Shown here: positions 13,223-26,207 of the stretch, piece after piece | Position numbering within the stretch: the stretch's first letter is position 1 | Layout: every line of letters starts with the position of its first letter | Assembly (NCBI GenBank): GCA_964016885.1 | Contig: OZ024742.1 | Span: 326,182,001-326,246,000, forward strand | From: Eledone cirrhosa | Lineage: Eukaryota | Reading direction: 5' to 3' | DNA: 64,000 nucleotides | The notes under the pieces: generated by a model | Database searches by the model: none | What the model was told of the DNA's origin: nothing | Seen by the model: only the letters and a program-made list of their open reading frames with translations | Made by a program: the position numbers and the translations under genes

Positions 13223-13522
13223 CAAAGTTTGTTTTATAAATATCCAGCGAATTTCCAACCGATAAGGTATGATTTTCATGGGTATGTCTCTATTTATAAA
13301 TGATTGTCGGGGTAAAGATGTGTTGATGAAGATTTAAAGGAATTAAAGCATATATATTCACACAAGAGCTGAAAGAAAATAGTAAATGGTAAAAGCAAGA
13401 AAATATATTGAGAGTGTAGTTGGGAGGTGTTGGGGAGTTTAAGGAGTGTTTGAGAAAGACTTGTGAAAGTGTCCTCCTGCTGGTTCCATTTCAATAGACG
13501 ACCTTTGGTGAATGAAATATAA

Positions 13523-13702
13523 TTGTTTCTATTTTTGGCATTAGGCCAGCAATTATTCCAGTGCATTACTGGTACTTTATTTTATCGATCCTATAAGGAT
13601 GAAAGGCAAAGTTAACCTCGCTGGGTTTTGAACTCAGACCGTAAAGGGCTGTAACTCTATGCTGCAAAGCATGGTGTCCGACCCTCCACCGATACTGTCA
13701 AT
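13523..13702 (-). mobile_element. tRNA-derived SINE
   Basis: Reverse complement of the family at 6277. Confidence 0.85.
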
Positions 13703-14034
13703 GAAATATAATGGCCAGTTGCTTTTCAACTTCTTTTCTTATAGTTGAATCAACTATCTTAAAATATATAAAGAAAATCTGCAACAATTTTCTATATTAA
13801 AGATGAATTTGGGTGTGTGTCTGGGGTGGGGGTGGGGGTTGATGAGGTGTAAGATACATGTCATTTGATAAAAAGGTGACGACAGCAAACAGAAAACTAA
13901 GGTTAGTTTGGGAATATTTGGTGATAGAAATGTATCTAGCTCACATATTTACTTCCCAACATATAAACATACAAACATCCCATATACATATTCTAGTTTA
14001 TACATACCCATATATTTACACATACACATAATCC

Positions 14035-14450
14035 GGCTTGATCCCCAAAGGAGACCAGCCGAGCTCCTGAATGGTATTCAACCAGCTTGCTTGAGGTCCA
14101 CCTGTGCGTCTCCTGCCGGTAGCTTTCTGCCCGTAAAATCTTTCTAGCGATTCTTTCCTGAGACATTCTGACCACAAGTCCGTAGTATAGTAACTGGGAT
14201 TTCTCAATTTGAAGAAGTAGCGTCTCTGCCTAGAACGACTCTCTGGTCTCTGAGCTACACATTCTATCGAGTATCTTACTACAAACACCCTTCTCAGGAA
14301 CCCCAGTTCGGCCACTAGTGTTCCCGAATCTTTTCCTTCGGTCATTACCCACGATTCATGACCATAGATTAGGCTTGCCACAATTACTGAATCGAAGATA
14401 AACTTTCGCTTTTACCCCTACCTCACTGTTTCTGAATGCTGAAGCTGGCG
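14035..14450 (-). mobile_element. Degenerate RTE-type LINE fragment (region after the RT)
   Basis: SLIYGHESWVMT...AELGFLRRV, with frameshifts; similar to 42430-42800. Confidence 0.65.
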
Positions 14451-14618
14451 TATTATGTATTTAATATACAACATTTAAATGGATAAATAACGCAGTACAC
14501 ATCCCTATTATAATAGAACCGTGGCCGATATGTATACAATGGCACAGACACACGAACACTTACACATACAATCACACAAAAAGAAAAACACAGACATACA
14601 TACATACGTATATATATA

Positions 14619-15456
14619 CGAGGTGTGTCAGAAAAGTTCCAGGACTGATGTCACAAAAGATTTATTTCAAACCCAAACTTCACACTAAGAGTTTTCTCCT
14701 TCAAAGTAACCCCCTGGAGTATGTAACTGTAATCTTAGCTCTCTGCAGCGATCAAACTTTTTTCTTCATAATTTTATGTACATGCCCTCTGTTTCAGGTC
14801 GTCAAGCAATGAGCACAGAGCAACGAACAAACTTGAAAACTCCGTCAGAAGCACTGGGATTGCTGCAGCAAGTGTATGGAGATGAGACGATGTCGCGCTC
14901 ACGTGTTTTTGAGTGGAGCAAGAGGTTTAAAGAAGGATGCGAGGACGTGGAAGATGACCCCAGGACTGAGGTCAACGTTGAGCGCGTCAGGCAGATGGTG
15001 CTTATCGATCGTCGGTCGACTGATATCAAATGAACTGGGCATGAATCGGGACAGCGTCTGGAAGATTCTCACTGAAGATTTGGACATGCGGAAAGTCTGC
15101 GCGCAGATGGTGTCAAAACTGCTGAACGATGACCAGAAGAGCCGGCGCATGAAAGTGTGCCAGGACATCCTCGAGCGTCTTGAAACCGAACCAGACTTGC
15201 TAGGGACAGTCATCACCGGTGATGAGTCATGGATCTTCGAGTACGACCCGGATGGGACCCATTTTGAAGACGTGGACAACATCAAAAATGCCGTGACGAC
15301 GGAACTTCGGAGGATCCCGGAAGAATCCTTCCAGGAGTGCATGCAAGCGTAGCAGAAAAGGATGGATTACTTTGAAGGAGAAAACTCTTAGTGTGAAGTT
15401 TGGGTTTGAAATAAATCTTTTGTGACATCAGTCCTGGAACATTTCTGACACACCTC
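14619..15456 (+). mobile_element. Internally deleted mariner DNA transposon with ~90-bp terminal inverted repeats
   Basis: TA|CGAGGTGTGTCAGAAAAGTTCCAGGACTG... at the left and its reverse complement at 15364-15456. Transposase motifs VYGDETMSRSRVFEWSKRFKEG, RKVCAQMVSKLL and ITGDESWIFEYDP are fused directly to the C-terminal GTHFEDVDNIK. Confidence 0.93.
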
Positions 15457-18040
15457 TGTCTATCTGTCTGTCAATTTGTATGTGTGTATGTGCTAAGGTG
15501 TGTGTATATGTAGGTTTGTGATAATTTGTCAGGCATTCTTTCCACTCCATATTATATCAACTACATCTTCACCAACCACTTCTTTACAACGCACAATCTT
15601 TTCTCATCTCATTCACTTCGTCCTCCTTTGTCTCCATATTTTGTCACAGTGGTACCCAATGGTTTAATATGAAAGACCCAATTTTTGTAATTAACAAAAT
15701 TAACAAAATACTCCAAGGTATAAGATCTAAAACATATATAGTTTTCTTATCGATTGAGAAACAGCATTTTAATTTGGTTGGGCATTTTAGAGATTAAAGT
15801 AAGAATAGGATTTCGATGTAGAATAGAAATATGATATGAATTTTAAATTAGATACTTAAGACTGAAATTACTCAATAAACTCGACTGGTAATGTCCACTT
15901 TAATGTTAGTTAGAGAAAACCATAAAATGTTATGCTGATGCTTGTCAGTAAGTCTTAATCTAAGCTTGGATTTTATTAATATCATTTTTGAAAATTTTAC
16001 AATTTATATATTTATTTTTATTTTCATTGCAAACATATAGTGATAATTTATTTTGAAACACACGAAAGACAAAAAAAGAAACGAAGGAAAAATATGGGTG
16101 AAAGAAATGAAGGATAGAGAACATGCCACTCTTGACTGGACAGCACGTTTCAACTATACCCGGAGAACAAGATAGTGAAAACGTTGCCGCGGAATATACC
16201 CAGCGATACCAGCATCAGCTTTTCCGCCACCCAAGACTCCTTCGGCAAGCGCGATTTCATGGTTCCGATTTGACTGTGGAACTGGCAGTCCTAATATCAA
16301 GGAAACCGGATTTCACGATGGCAATCGGTACAAGAAGGAATCGGTTGATTAAATTCTGGCATTTGGCTATCTTCGGCTACTCAGCGTTGCGGGTGGCAGC
16401 CTTCTGGTTTGTTGCTGAAATGATACAGTTTGCTCACTACCGAACAGTGAAAACTTTCTATCAGTAAAACATGTTTAAGCCTATTAACTCTTCAGGCAGA
16501 AATACTTAAGATCCCTCGATTATTATGTTTAAACACGGTTTACAGTCCATTGTTGGCTTAGAGTTGAATTATTTCCAGTCACTACTTTCCAAGAGTTTCA
16601 TTAAAGCAATTCTGCATTCTGCAACAAATTAATTTCTTTCTGATGATAATGCAAAATCCTTGAATATCTTTCCAAATTCTTCCTTTAAGAATTGTAGTGC
16701 TTCACTACACGTTTTTATTGAGTTAAATGAAGCATTATGCTCACTCAATAAACTTCGTTGGAAGAGAGGTACCGCTCACTACTGCAGGCTACTGATAATG
16801 ATTGTATAATTATTCCTTTGTAATCATGCTAAAGTACCATCTCGCAATGAAGCTGGCGTCAATCTATGAGGTTATACAAGTGTAATAGAAGACCCTAACG
16901 AAAAAGAAAATGTTAACCCCTATACAGGTTTTGAGTATAACGTAGTGATTGACATTTAAAGTAGAATTAAAGCTTTACATGATTGTTGCATCCAATTAAT
17001 TAAAATGTTTCATGAGGCATGAAATTAGTGGGTTTGGTGATCACAGTTTTAACCTGTTTTCCCTTTAAAGGGATTTAGGCCGTCATATAGGAACCCCAAT
17101 ACTTATATTTCTAAATTTGGCACTTATGTTATCGATCTATTTTTGTCGAACAAATAGGTGACAGAATAAACACAAGCAGAAAAACAAACGTAAACAAAAA
17201 CAAGGAGATATATACTTATATATATATCCAAAATTAAAATTAAAGGTTATCATGTCTGAGAGACATGCGCCATATCCACTGTAGAATATGCTCAAAGATT
17301 CCAATGAATAGATCCGAGCATTTAAAATGATTAATCTCCTTTGTATATATTTCTTTAAGTAAGAAATATATTGTACCAATTAATTCGTAAATCACAGTAG
17401 TCAAATTCCCGGATGGTCACCAAAGGAGAAGAACATAACTATCACAACGTCATTTTAAAAGGTATCTATATTTGAAGTTCTAGTTAAACTTTAATTAGTT
17501 AACTACCTAGCTATGTGTGCTTACATTCTTTATAAATTATTTCCTGTGATTGTTTCATATGTTTATTTTATATATATATATGTGTCAATCTATTTCTAGT
17601 TGATACTTATATATATTTGCATTTACAATAGATGCGTTGTTCGATTCCCGCATAAGGTTCTCTCAAATGTTTTGTGTCATGTTTGGCATATGCAAATGTA
17701 TGCTCTAGATTAAGTTTTATCTTTATAACACATTAACCATTATATTTTGTTAGACTACATTTACTCTAGAATCGTCTCAGTAAACATGGCAATACGCATT
17801 GTGGGACACGAAGGTGTTGATAACGATGGGATTGATTCGTCCAGCAATGGATAAGTTATTGCTCCCAGTTACATCGATTGCCATGCGACATGACAGTAAG
17901 AACAATAATTTCGGTTCTGTCACATATTTTTGTCATGTTTGGTGTGTGTAAAATCATCATCTACGTATGCGTAAATTTATCTTTCAGAAAATCTTAACCA
18001 TTATCTTATATATTACACGCATGCAGCACACACATACATG

Positions 18041-18170
<130 letters not shown>

Positions 18171-18536
18171 CAATCCAAACTATTTTACCGTTATTTCCTC
18201 ATCTCACTCTTTATCTTTCTGTCTTTTATTTTTCATTCTATTTTCTGATGATAAACTACCCTCCGAAACGTTATAACAGTGTTTCTTCTATATCTAGCAT
18301 TAAAATGATATATTTTTCATTGTACTGTATTGTTTGCTTCAGTAGGTTCCTTCTCCTTATTCTCGGTTGAGCACAAGATATGGATCAATCCGAGGCTATA
18401 AAAGACGACAATGTAGCAAGGTGCTACGCAATGTTTCTGAATTCGAAACCATTCAATTGAAAAGCGAACCTCTTTACTATACAGCCGTGCCAGTACATAT
18501 GAGCTTTTTCAGATAATCATGAAATCAAATAAAATA

Positions 18537-18708
18537 CTGTGAAATTTCGTTATAACGAAATCCACGAGGCAAAAAAAATTGTTGTAACGAAAAAGTCTTT
18601 ATAACGTAATCGACCTAACATATCGAGAGTGTGGCCAAGAATTGAAAAAACTTTCGTTATACTGAAAAATTCGATATAATGATATTTGTTATAACGGAAT
18701 TTTACTTG
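18537..18708. mobile_element. pogo/Tigger-like MITE
   Basis: TA-flanked imperfect TIRs CTGTGAAATTTCGTTATAACGAA and TTGTTATAACGGAATTTTACTTG, with internal repeats of TTATAACG. Confidence 0.65.
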
Positions 18709-18908
18709 TACTTAAAACTCCGGACGTGAAAATCTCAAAATAACAGCATGTGCGAGAGGACATTTCTGTGCTTGTGTGTGTATGTAAGTTGGTATTAGAA
18801 TGTATGTGCCTATGCGTGTATGTATGTCTAAGTATGGCTTCAATTGAGCAATCTTTATAAGTTGCCATAAGTTTTCAGATGAATTGTTATAGCCAATCAA
18901 ATTTCAAA

Positions 18909-19029
<121 letters not shown>

Positions 19030-19100
19030 CATCATCCCCATCTTATTTCTTCTGTCTTCCAACTTTGTCTTTTCACATATCAACTTCCCTCTTTAAACAC

Positions 19101-20056
19101 CTACCTATCTACCTACCTACCTACCTATCTACCTACCTACCTACCTACTTACCTACCTATCTACCTACCTACCTACCTACCTATCTACCTACCTACCTAC
19201 CTACCTACCTACCTACCCATCTACCTACCTACCTACCTACCTATCTACCTACCTACCTACCTATCTACCTACCTATCTACCTACCTACCTACCTACCTAT
19301 CTACCTACCTACCTACCTACCTACCCATCTACCTACCTACCTATCTACCTACCTCCCTACCTACCTACCTACCTACCTACCTACCGACCTACCTACCTAC
19401 CTACCTAACTACCTACTTACCTACCTACCTACCTTCCTACCTTCCTACCTACCTACCTACCTACCTACCTACTTACCTATCTACCTACCTACCTACCTTC
19501 CTACCTTCCTACCTACCTACCTACCTATCTACCTACTTACCTACCTACCTACCTATCTATCTACCTACCTACCTATCTACCTACCTACCTACCTACCTAC
19601 CTACCTACCTACCTACCTACCTACCTACTTACCTACCTACCTTCCTACCTACCTACCTACATACCTATCTACCTACCTACCTACCTACCTACCTACCTAC
19701 CTATTTACCTACCTACCTACCTACCTACCTATCTACCTACCTATTTACCTACCTACCTTCCTACCTACCTACCTACCTACCTATCTACATACCTACCTAC
19801 CTACCTACCTATCTACCTACCTACCTACCTACCTACCTACCTACCTACCTATCTACCTACCTACCTACCTACCTACCTACCTACCTACCCATTTACCTAC
19901 CTACCTACCTTCCTACCTACCTACCTACCTACCTATCTACATACCTACCTACCTACCTACCTACCTATCTACCTACCTACCTACCTACCTACCTACCTAC
20001 CTATCTACCTACCTACCTACCTACCTACCTACCTACCTACCTATCTACATACCTAC
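19101..20056. repeat. (CCTA)n tetranucleotide array
   Basis: Direct reading. Confidence 0.95.
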
Positions 20057-20057
20057 A

Positions 20058-20456
20058 CGATATCATTTCGGAAGAAGGATCAAGATGGAGAGAGAGGTGC
20101 TGCACCCCAGCCGTTTCTATGAAAGATGGGTGAAAGTGGCGAGAATGGCCCGTGTGAATGGGCCTTCACTCTACATCAGACTATAGGTGAGGAAGATGAA
20201 AGACCAAGGGAGCACCTTTTCTCTGTGCTCCTGAGGAGAAGGGTTGCACACTTTTTTCGGGGGTGTGTGCGACCCCCCAAGGCGCCTCCTCTCTATTGAG
20301 GATTTTGTTAAAAATTTTATTTTTTGTTATATCTTATTTTATTTTTATATTTTGTTATTGCCTCCTCCTTATTGAGGACGCCTTTTTGTGTAAACTCCCC
20401 CCTTTGTACTTGTCCCACTTTTGATGCCCTAGTGGCAAATAAAAGAAACATATCTA
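20058..20456 (+). mobile_element. ~400-bp copy of the 3' end of the adjacent Tx1-like LINE
   Basis: Nearly identical to 25809-26207, with a handful of substitutions; ends AATAAAAGAAACATATCTA. Confidence 0.95.
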
Positions 20457-20691
20457 CCTATATCTATCTATATCTATTGGGATGGACACACGCGTATAAC
20501 TTGCTGAGTAAGTTCTGTTTAAATTTCTATAGAAATTCTTGTCTGATAACTTTAATTTTTGTACCATTTTGTAGAGGGACTGCCAGGTCAAACTTTGATC
20601 TGGTCAGTCTCTCAAAATATTCTACGCCTTTAGGCGAAATAGTTAAACAAAAAAAAAAGTTTTTTCTTGTTGAAAAGTCAATATTTTTTAA

Positions 20692-22474
20692 ATGGCCGAA
20701 GCTTCTTCACCAAAATTCGAAGGAGGAAAGGGGAAGATGGACTTACAGCTTCCCCCTGCCACTGTCACAGTAGCAGAGGTCAAGAAGAAAGGTCAGCCAG
20801 AGGAAGAATTCTCTCCACCTGTTAACCAACAACTTGACGTTGCCATGGCAACAACCCAAAGAACCAACAGCAACAACAACAACAATGCGACGGACGAAAA
20901 CAACACCAATAACAATAACAATAACAACAACAACAAGACCAATAACGGTGACAACAACAACAATGATAACAACAACACCACCAACGACAACAACAACACA
21001 AACAAACAAAATTTCTCCTTCGCCGAGACGACAAGGAAAACCCTCGACTATCTGCCAGTAGATATAACAAAAGCGAAGGAGCTACTGGCGGATGCGAAAA
21101 AATATATAGTGTACGGAGAAAATGGTTCATTCACAATCCATTCCCCCCCGGAACTAAAAAGCCAGAGACTCCTAAACACGGTCATGTTTAGGACAATCTC
21201 GAACAAAAGTAAAAAACCAGCTCAACCATCACAGAGCGAGATAGAGCTGGTTTTAAAAGACGTCATGAAGGACATCGCCTTCATTCAGAAGGATAGACTC
21301 TACGGGAGTCTATCCATTCTCATGAAGGACAGGGACACAGCAGTGAAACTGTCCATCAAACCAATCACATCCACCGCATACACCTTCTACCCTACGTACA
21401 TGGGTAGAAGAACACAAAAAATAAAAATCCACACCATCCTGCCGATTATGGACATATGGTGGGTTTTGACAGGTTTTCTGGACCTGGAGGATGACATGCT
21501 GGTGTCCATGGGAAAGGCATCGGGTGACGCGTTCAGTGGAACGAGCTTCGAACTTGTAATTCAAATGAGGCCCGAAAGGATCGCCCAGATCCCTGAACGC
21601 GTCATACTGGATGATCTAACCTTCATCAACATTACCGTTGAGGGTAGACGGCCCTCGTGTTACCTCTGCGGAACCAGAGGTCACCTGACGGCTGTCTGTC
21701 CCCAACTTAATAAGAAAACCCCAATCCTGCCTACACCACCAACAACTGCACAACCAACACAATCACCACAACTACCACTACAAAAACAACCACCACAGCT
21801 CAAACCAAAACAAAACAATGTCCAACACATCCCCTCCACTCAAAAAACAAAAACAATTTCCAAAACACTCATACCGTAAACACAACCCGAAAATATACCC
21901 CTCCAACGCGGAAGATGACCCTAGTTCGTCGTCAGACGAGGAGGAGCACTTCCACACAATCAAAAGAAAAAAAAGAAAACACACCTCAGACACACAAATG
22001 AAAAAAAACCCTCCCCAAAACATAACACTGATACCAACACAAAAGAGCACACAACAACAGCAAACAAAAAACACCACACAAAAACAAAAACATCCATACA
22101 CATACATAAACACAAGAAACAAAAAACTGTTAAACATTGTGTACAACAACAATCTAATAAAAACACAAGGGCCTAACTTCACCCAGGCAGGGGATTTCCC
22201 CCACCTCAAAATGATTAAGGCCCCACAGGACACCTATAAAACTTTAAAAAACAATTTTAAAGAGGACGTGGGTCCCCCCTGCGTCGGGCCCATTAACCGC
22301 GTCCTCCTAAAAAACTATCCCACTCCCTCCCCAAACACCCACACAACTCCAAGCTCCCCAACAACACAACACACTGATGCCCCCACACTTCCACAAACCA
22401 CCACCCCACCCAACAACCCATCCCCCACCCTAATGGAAATTGTGCAGCCCGATACCCGGGACGCAGAGAGGTAA
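20692..22474 (+). pseudogene. Tx1-like ORF1 (gag-like nucleic-acid-binding protein), probably one frameshift near 21820-21880
   Basis: ORF 20692-21879 has an Asn-rich tract and the knuckle CYLCGTRGHLTAVC. It appears to continue in ORF 21818-22474, which ends just before ORF2. Confidence 0.8.
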
Positions 22475-22498
22475 GTGCCCTTTCTCTTCACCACCAAC

Positions 22499-25400
22499 AT
22501 GGCTATGCTAAAAGTAGGCTGTTTAAATGCGCGTGGCCTGGGCTCAACTTGGAAGCAAGCAATGCTTCTAAATGACCTCAGGTCACAACGTATAGATGTG
22601 ATGGTTATTTGCGAGGCCCGGATCAGCAACGTGCGACAGCAGGCCCCCCACCTTTGATGACTTTGAGATGCACGCATCTCTCTGTCAGCCCGGAGGTGGA
22701 GGTGGAGTTGTCGTTCTGCTGCAAAAACATCTGGGTCTCGCAACACAGATGGTACATTTGGACCCGGAGGGTCGACTAGTGGTTCTGGACCTTGGCAGTG
22801 GTAAAGGCGGAGCGTTTAGGTTGGTAGCCGCCTACGGCCCTTTCGGGTCAATGCGGCCGGACTTCTTCCATCGTCTGGAGACTTTTCTAGGGACGTCCCG
22901 CTCCTTGCTATTAGTGGGGGACTGGAATGGTATCCTAGATGCACGCTGAGACTACGTAGGGGCCTGCCCCGATAGAGAGGGGTGTAATATCCTCAAAGGG
23001 TTAATCGGTCGATTTGACCTGGCCGATAGATATCGACTAGATTTTCCGACTGCGCCAACCTGGACTTGGGCAAATCGTAGCGGATCATCTAGGTCGTACC
23101 TAGATAGGTTCTTAGTTAGAATTAAGGATAACGACTTTTTAAGTTGTCCAAAAATGCGCATGGTTGGCTATTCAGACCACAAATTAGTGACCTGCATGGT
23201 CAACCTTGACAGAACTCATAGACAGGGCCCCGGTTACTGGAAGCTCAACTTGTCCTTGCCGGCAAGTAGAGCCTACAGGAATCGGATTAGTATGTTAGTT
23301 AAGGAACGGTTGACTGGAGCGATCGTCAACAGCAGGTGGTGGGTATCTCTAAAGAGAGAGATTAGAGTAGTCTCGATAGAATTTAGTAAGGTTCTAGCTG
23401 CGGATAGGAATAGGAAGGAAAGGGAGCTAATAGATAGAGTAGAAGAGGCAATTAGAAGCGGCGACGTGGCCAGAGTGCTAGCGTCGAGAACGGCTTTGAG
23501 CCAGTTTTTCGACGCGAAGCACGAAGGCCACGTTGTCCGAAGTAAAACACGTGCTCTATGGAACGAGGGGACCAAAGCTGTTAGCTGGGCCCGCGTGACA
23601 GAGGCCAACAGTGAAACTAAATCCACCATCCGGTCTTTGCGAGATCTGGATGGACGGACGATTCTGGAGCCTAAGCAGATGTGTGAGGCCTTTCAAAGGC
23701 ACTTTGCCCGACTGTTCGGGAGGGGCGGGGAGCCGGATGGGAACGTGGACTTCGGTCCATACCTCGACGGCCTGCCGCGCCTCTCGGACAGGAAGGCGAA
23801 GTCCTGCGAGGAGCCGATTTCGGCCGCTGAGATAGAGGACGTGCTGAGCCAATGCGGCAAACGCAAATCCCCGGGTCTCGATGGTCTTCCTTACGAATTA
23901 TATCTAGCTATGCCGGACTTGTTCCCCGATCTCCTCGAGGCGGTCTACTGCAACTGGCAACAGAACGGGAGAATTCCCTGTACTGTGACCAAGGGCGTAG
24001 TCACGCTAGTGAGGAAGGACGAGAACAAGGGGGACGAAATAAGTAACTTCAGGCCCACAACTCTGCTGAATACAGAGTTACAGATTTTGGCCAAGGTGCT
24101 AGCAAAGAGGTTGGCGCTTGTCGTGGGCAACCTGGTGGGAGATGCGCAGACATGCGCTATCCCGTCCAGGTCCATCCATGACAACCTCCACCTCATGCGA
24201 TACATCATAGAGAGGGTTGGGAACGAACCCGGCTTTGGTGGGGCTCTGATCAACTTGGATCAATCTAAGGCGTTCGATAGGGTCGACCATGGTTACCTGG
24301 ATGCGGTGCTAGCGGCGGCAGGCTTCGGACCCGTTTTCAGGGGCTGGATCACTGCTATGCACAGCAGCCGCATCTGCTCTATGGTCAAGGTGAACGGCTA
24401 CCTCTCGGAGCCGTTCAAAATCGCGCGGTCCATCCGACAAGGGTGCCCTCTCTCCTCCCTTCTGTATGTGTTGACTCTCGAGCCACTACTGCGGAAGTTG
24501 GAGTTGTTGCAGGGCATCCCTTTGGAACCGGGATTGCGGAAAGCGGTGTCGGCCTACGCCGATGACGTGACAGTTATGGTGTCGACGGCCTCCGAAATCG
24601 AGGCGGTCGGCACCTTACTGGAGGAGTACGAAAAGTTCACAGGGGCTAAGCTGAACCGGGACAAGTCGATCGGTTTGCAACTCGGCACGTGGAGGGGCAG
24701 ACCGATGCCCTCCGATGGCGTCGTCGGACGCTGGACGGAGGGCCCGGTGAAGTTGCTCGGGGTCTGGCTCGGACCGAACCTCCAGGTGGAGAAAAACTGG
24801 GCGGAGGTTACGAACAGGGTGTTTGCACTGACCCAGAAGTGGGCCAGTTGCAAACTATCCCTGAAAGCTCGGGCGGAGGTGGTGAACACCTACATAGCGT
24901 CCGTCATCTACTACCGCCTGACCGTAGTGCCCTGCCCAAGGGAAACCCTCACCAAGATGGAGCGCGCGCTCTTCCAATTCCTTTGGAAGAGGCGGGCTCC
25001 TATGGTGAGGAGATCCATCTGCTGTCAACACCCTTCGAAAGGAGGGCTGGGGATGCCGTGGCTAATGATGCGTAAACACGCATTAAGGCTACGGCACCTC
25101 TACGTATTCCTCACCGGACAACCGGTGTGGGCCTCGTTTGTGAGACGAACCTTTCCCAGACTCGTCTCACTCACCGAGCTGCAATCCTGGGTCAAGCAAA
25201 GACCGAGAAAACTGGGCGCCTGGCACACTGAGTGTGCCCAGGCGCTCACTGCCCTCTGGCAGGCGGATCCGGTTATCAGTGGAGACTCCACCGCAACATT
25301 CTATAGAGGGCTGGTACGCAGCAGGTGCGACGACGCCCTCGGAGAAGCCCTAGACATGGAGGAGGACGAACTGGCCAGCCTGTTCGGTAGGACATTCAGC

Positions 25401-25937
25401 CCGGGACCTATGGACAACTTCCTGAAGTCCCTGGCCTGGCAGTGCTACCGAGGGGCTTTGCCCGTTCGAGAAAGGCTCTACAGACACGGGCGCCCGGGTA
25501 GGGATCCCGCCAAAAAGATCTGTCCCAGATGCGTGTGCGACGAGGAAACCGTTGCACACGCATTGGTACACTGCTCGGGCGTAGCCGATCTGTGGGGCTA
25601 TGTCGAACAACTGCTGTCAAGGGTGGGACCGATCCGGTTGACCACCGAGTCTATTGTAATGATCAAGCCGCCTCCCCCCTTCAAAGATGAAGCAGAGGCG
25701 GTGTTTCTGTGCGTAATAGCCATGGCGAAAGAGGTTGTATGGTGGACGCGTCTGAAAGGATTGAGGTCAGGCACCTTTCTCTCTGGCCAACAACTGGTCC
25801 GTTTCTTCCGATATCATTTCGGAAGAAGGATCAGGATGGAGAGAGAAGTGCTGCACCCCAGCCGTTTCTATGAAAGATGGGTGAAAGTGGCGAGAATGGC
25901 CCGTGTGAATGGGCCTTCACTCTACATCAGACTATAG
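22499..25937 (+). pseudogene. Tx1-like ORF2 (AP endonuclease, reverse transcriptase, C-terminal zinc knuckle), disrupted in the endonuclease domain
   Basis: APE motifs CLNARGL, GDWN, SYLDR and SDH; RT motifs SPGLDG, DQSKAFDRV, RQGCPLS and YADD; knuckle CPRC...ETVAHALVHC. Frameshift in the C-run near 22645 and in-frame TGA at 22947; 23154-25937 is open. Confidence 0.92.
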
Positions 25938-26207
25938 GTGAGGAAGATGAAAGACCAAGGGAGCACCCCTTCTCTGTGCTCCTGAGGAGAAGGGTTGCAC
26001 ACTTTTTTCGGGGGGGTGTGCGACCCCCCAAGGCGCCTCCTCTCTATTGAGGATTTTGTTAAAAATTTTATTTTTTGTTATATCTTATTTTATTTTTATA
26101 TTTTGTTATTGCCTCCTCCTTATTGAGGACGCCTTTTTGTGTAAACTCCCCCCTTTGTACTTGTCCCACTTTTGATGCCCTAGTGGCAAATAAAAGAAAC
26201 ATATCTA

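Larger units (their letters stand above)
20477..26207 (+). mobile_element. Apparently full-length Tx1-type (L1 clade) LINE
   Basis: 5' UTR, ORF1 with a CCHC knuckle, ORF2 with APE-RT-CCHC, and a 3' UTR with AATAAA and a (TATC/CTAC) tail. Confidence 0.92.

Noticed and set aside
16100-16870. Possible decayed LTR-retrotransposon gag-like sequence (minus strand, EALQFLKEEFGK)
   Set aside because: Multiple stops and no diagnostic motif; cannot be supported without a profile search.
22947-22949. In-frame TGA in Tx1 ORF2 as programmed readthrough
   Set aside because: The copy also carries frameshifts; simple decay is more parsimonious.
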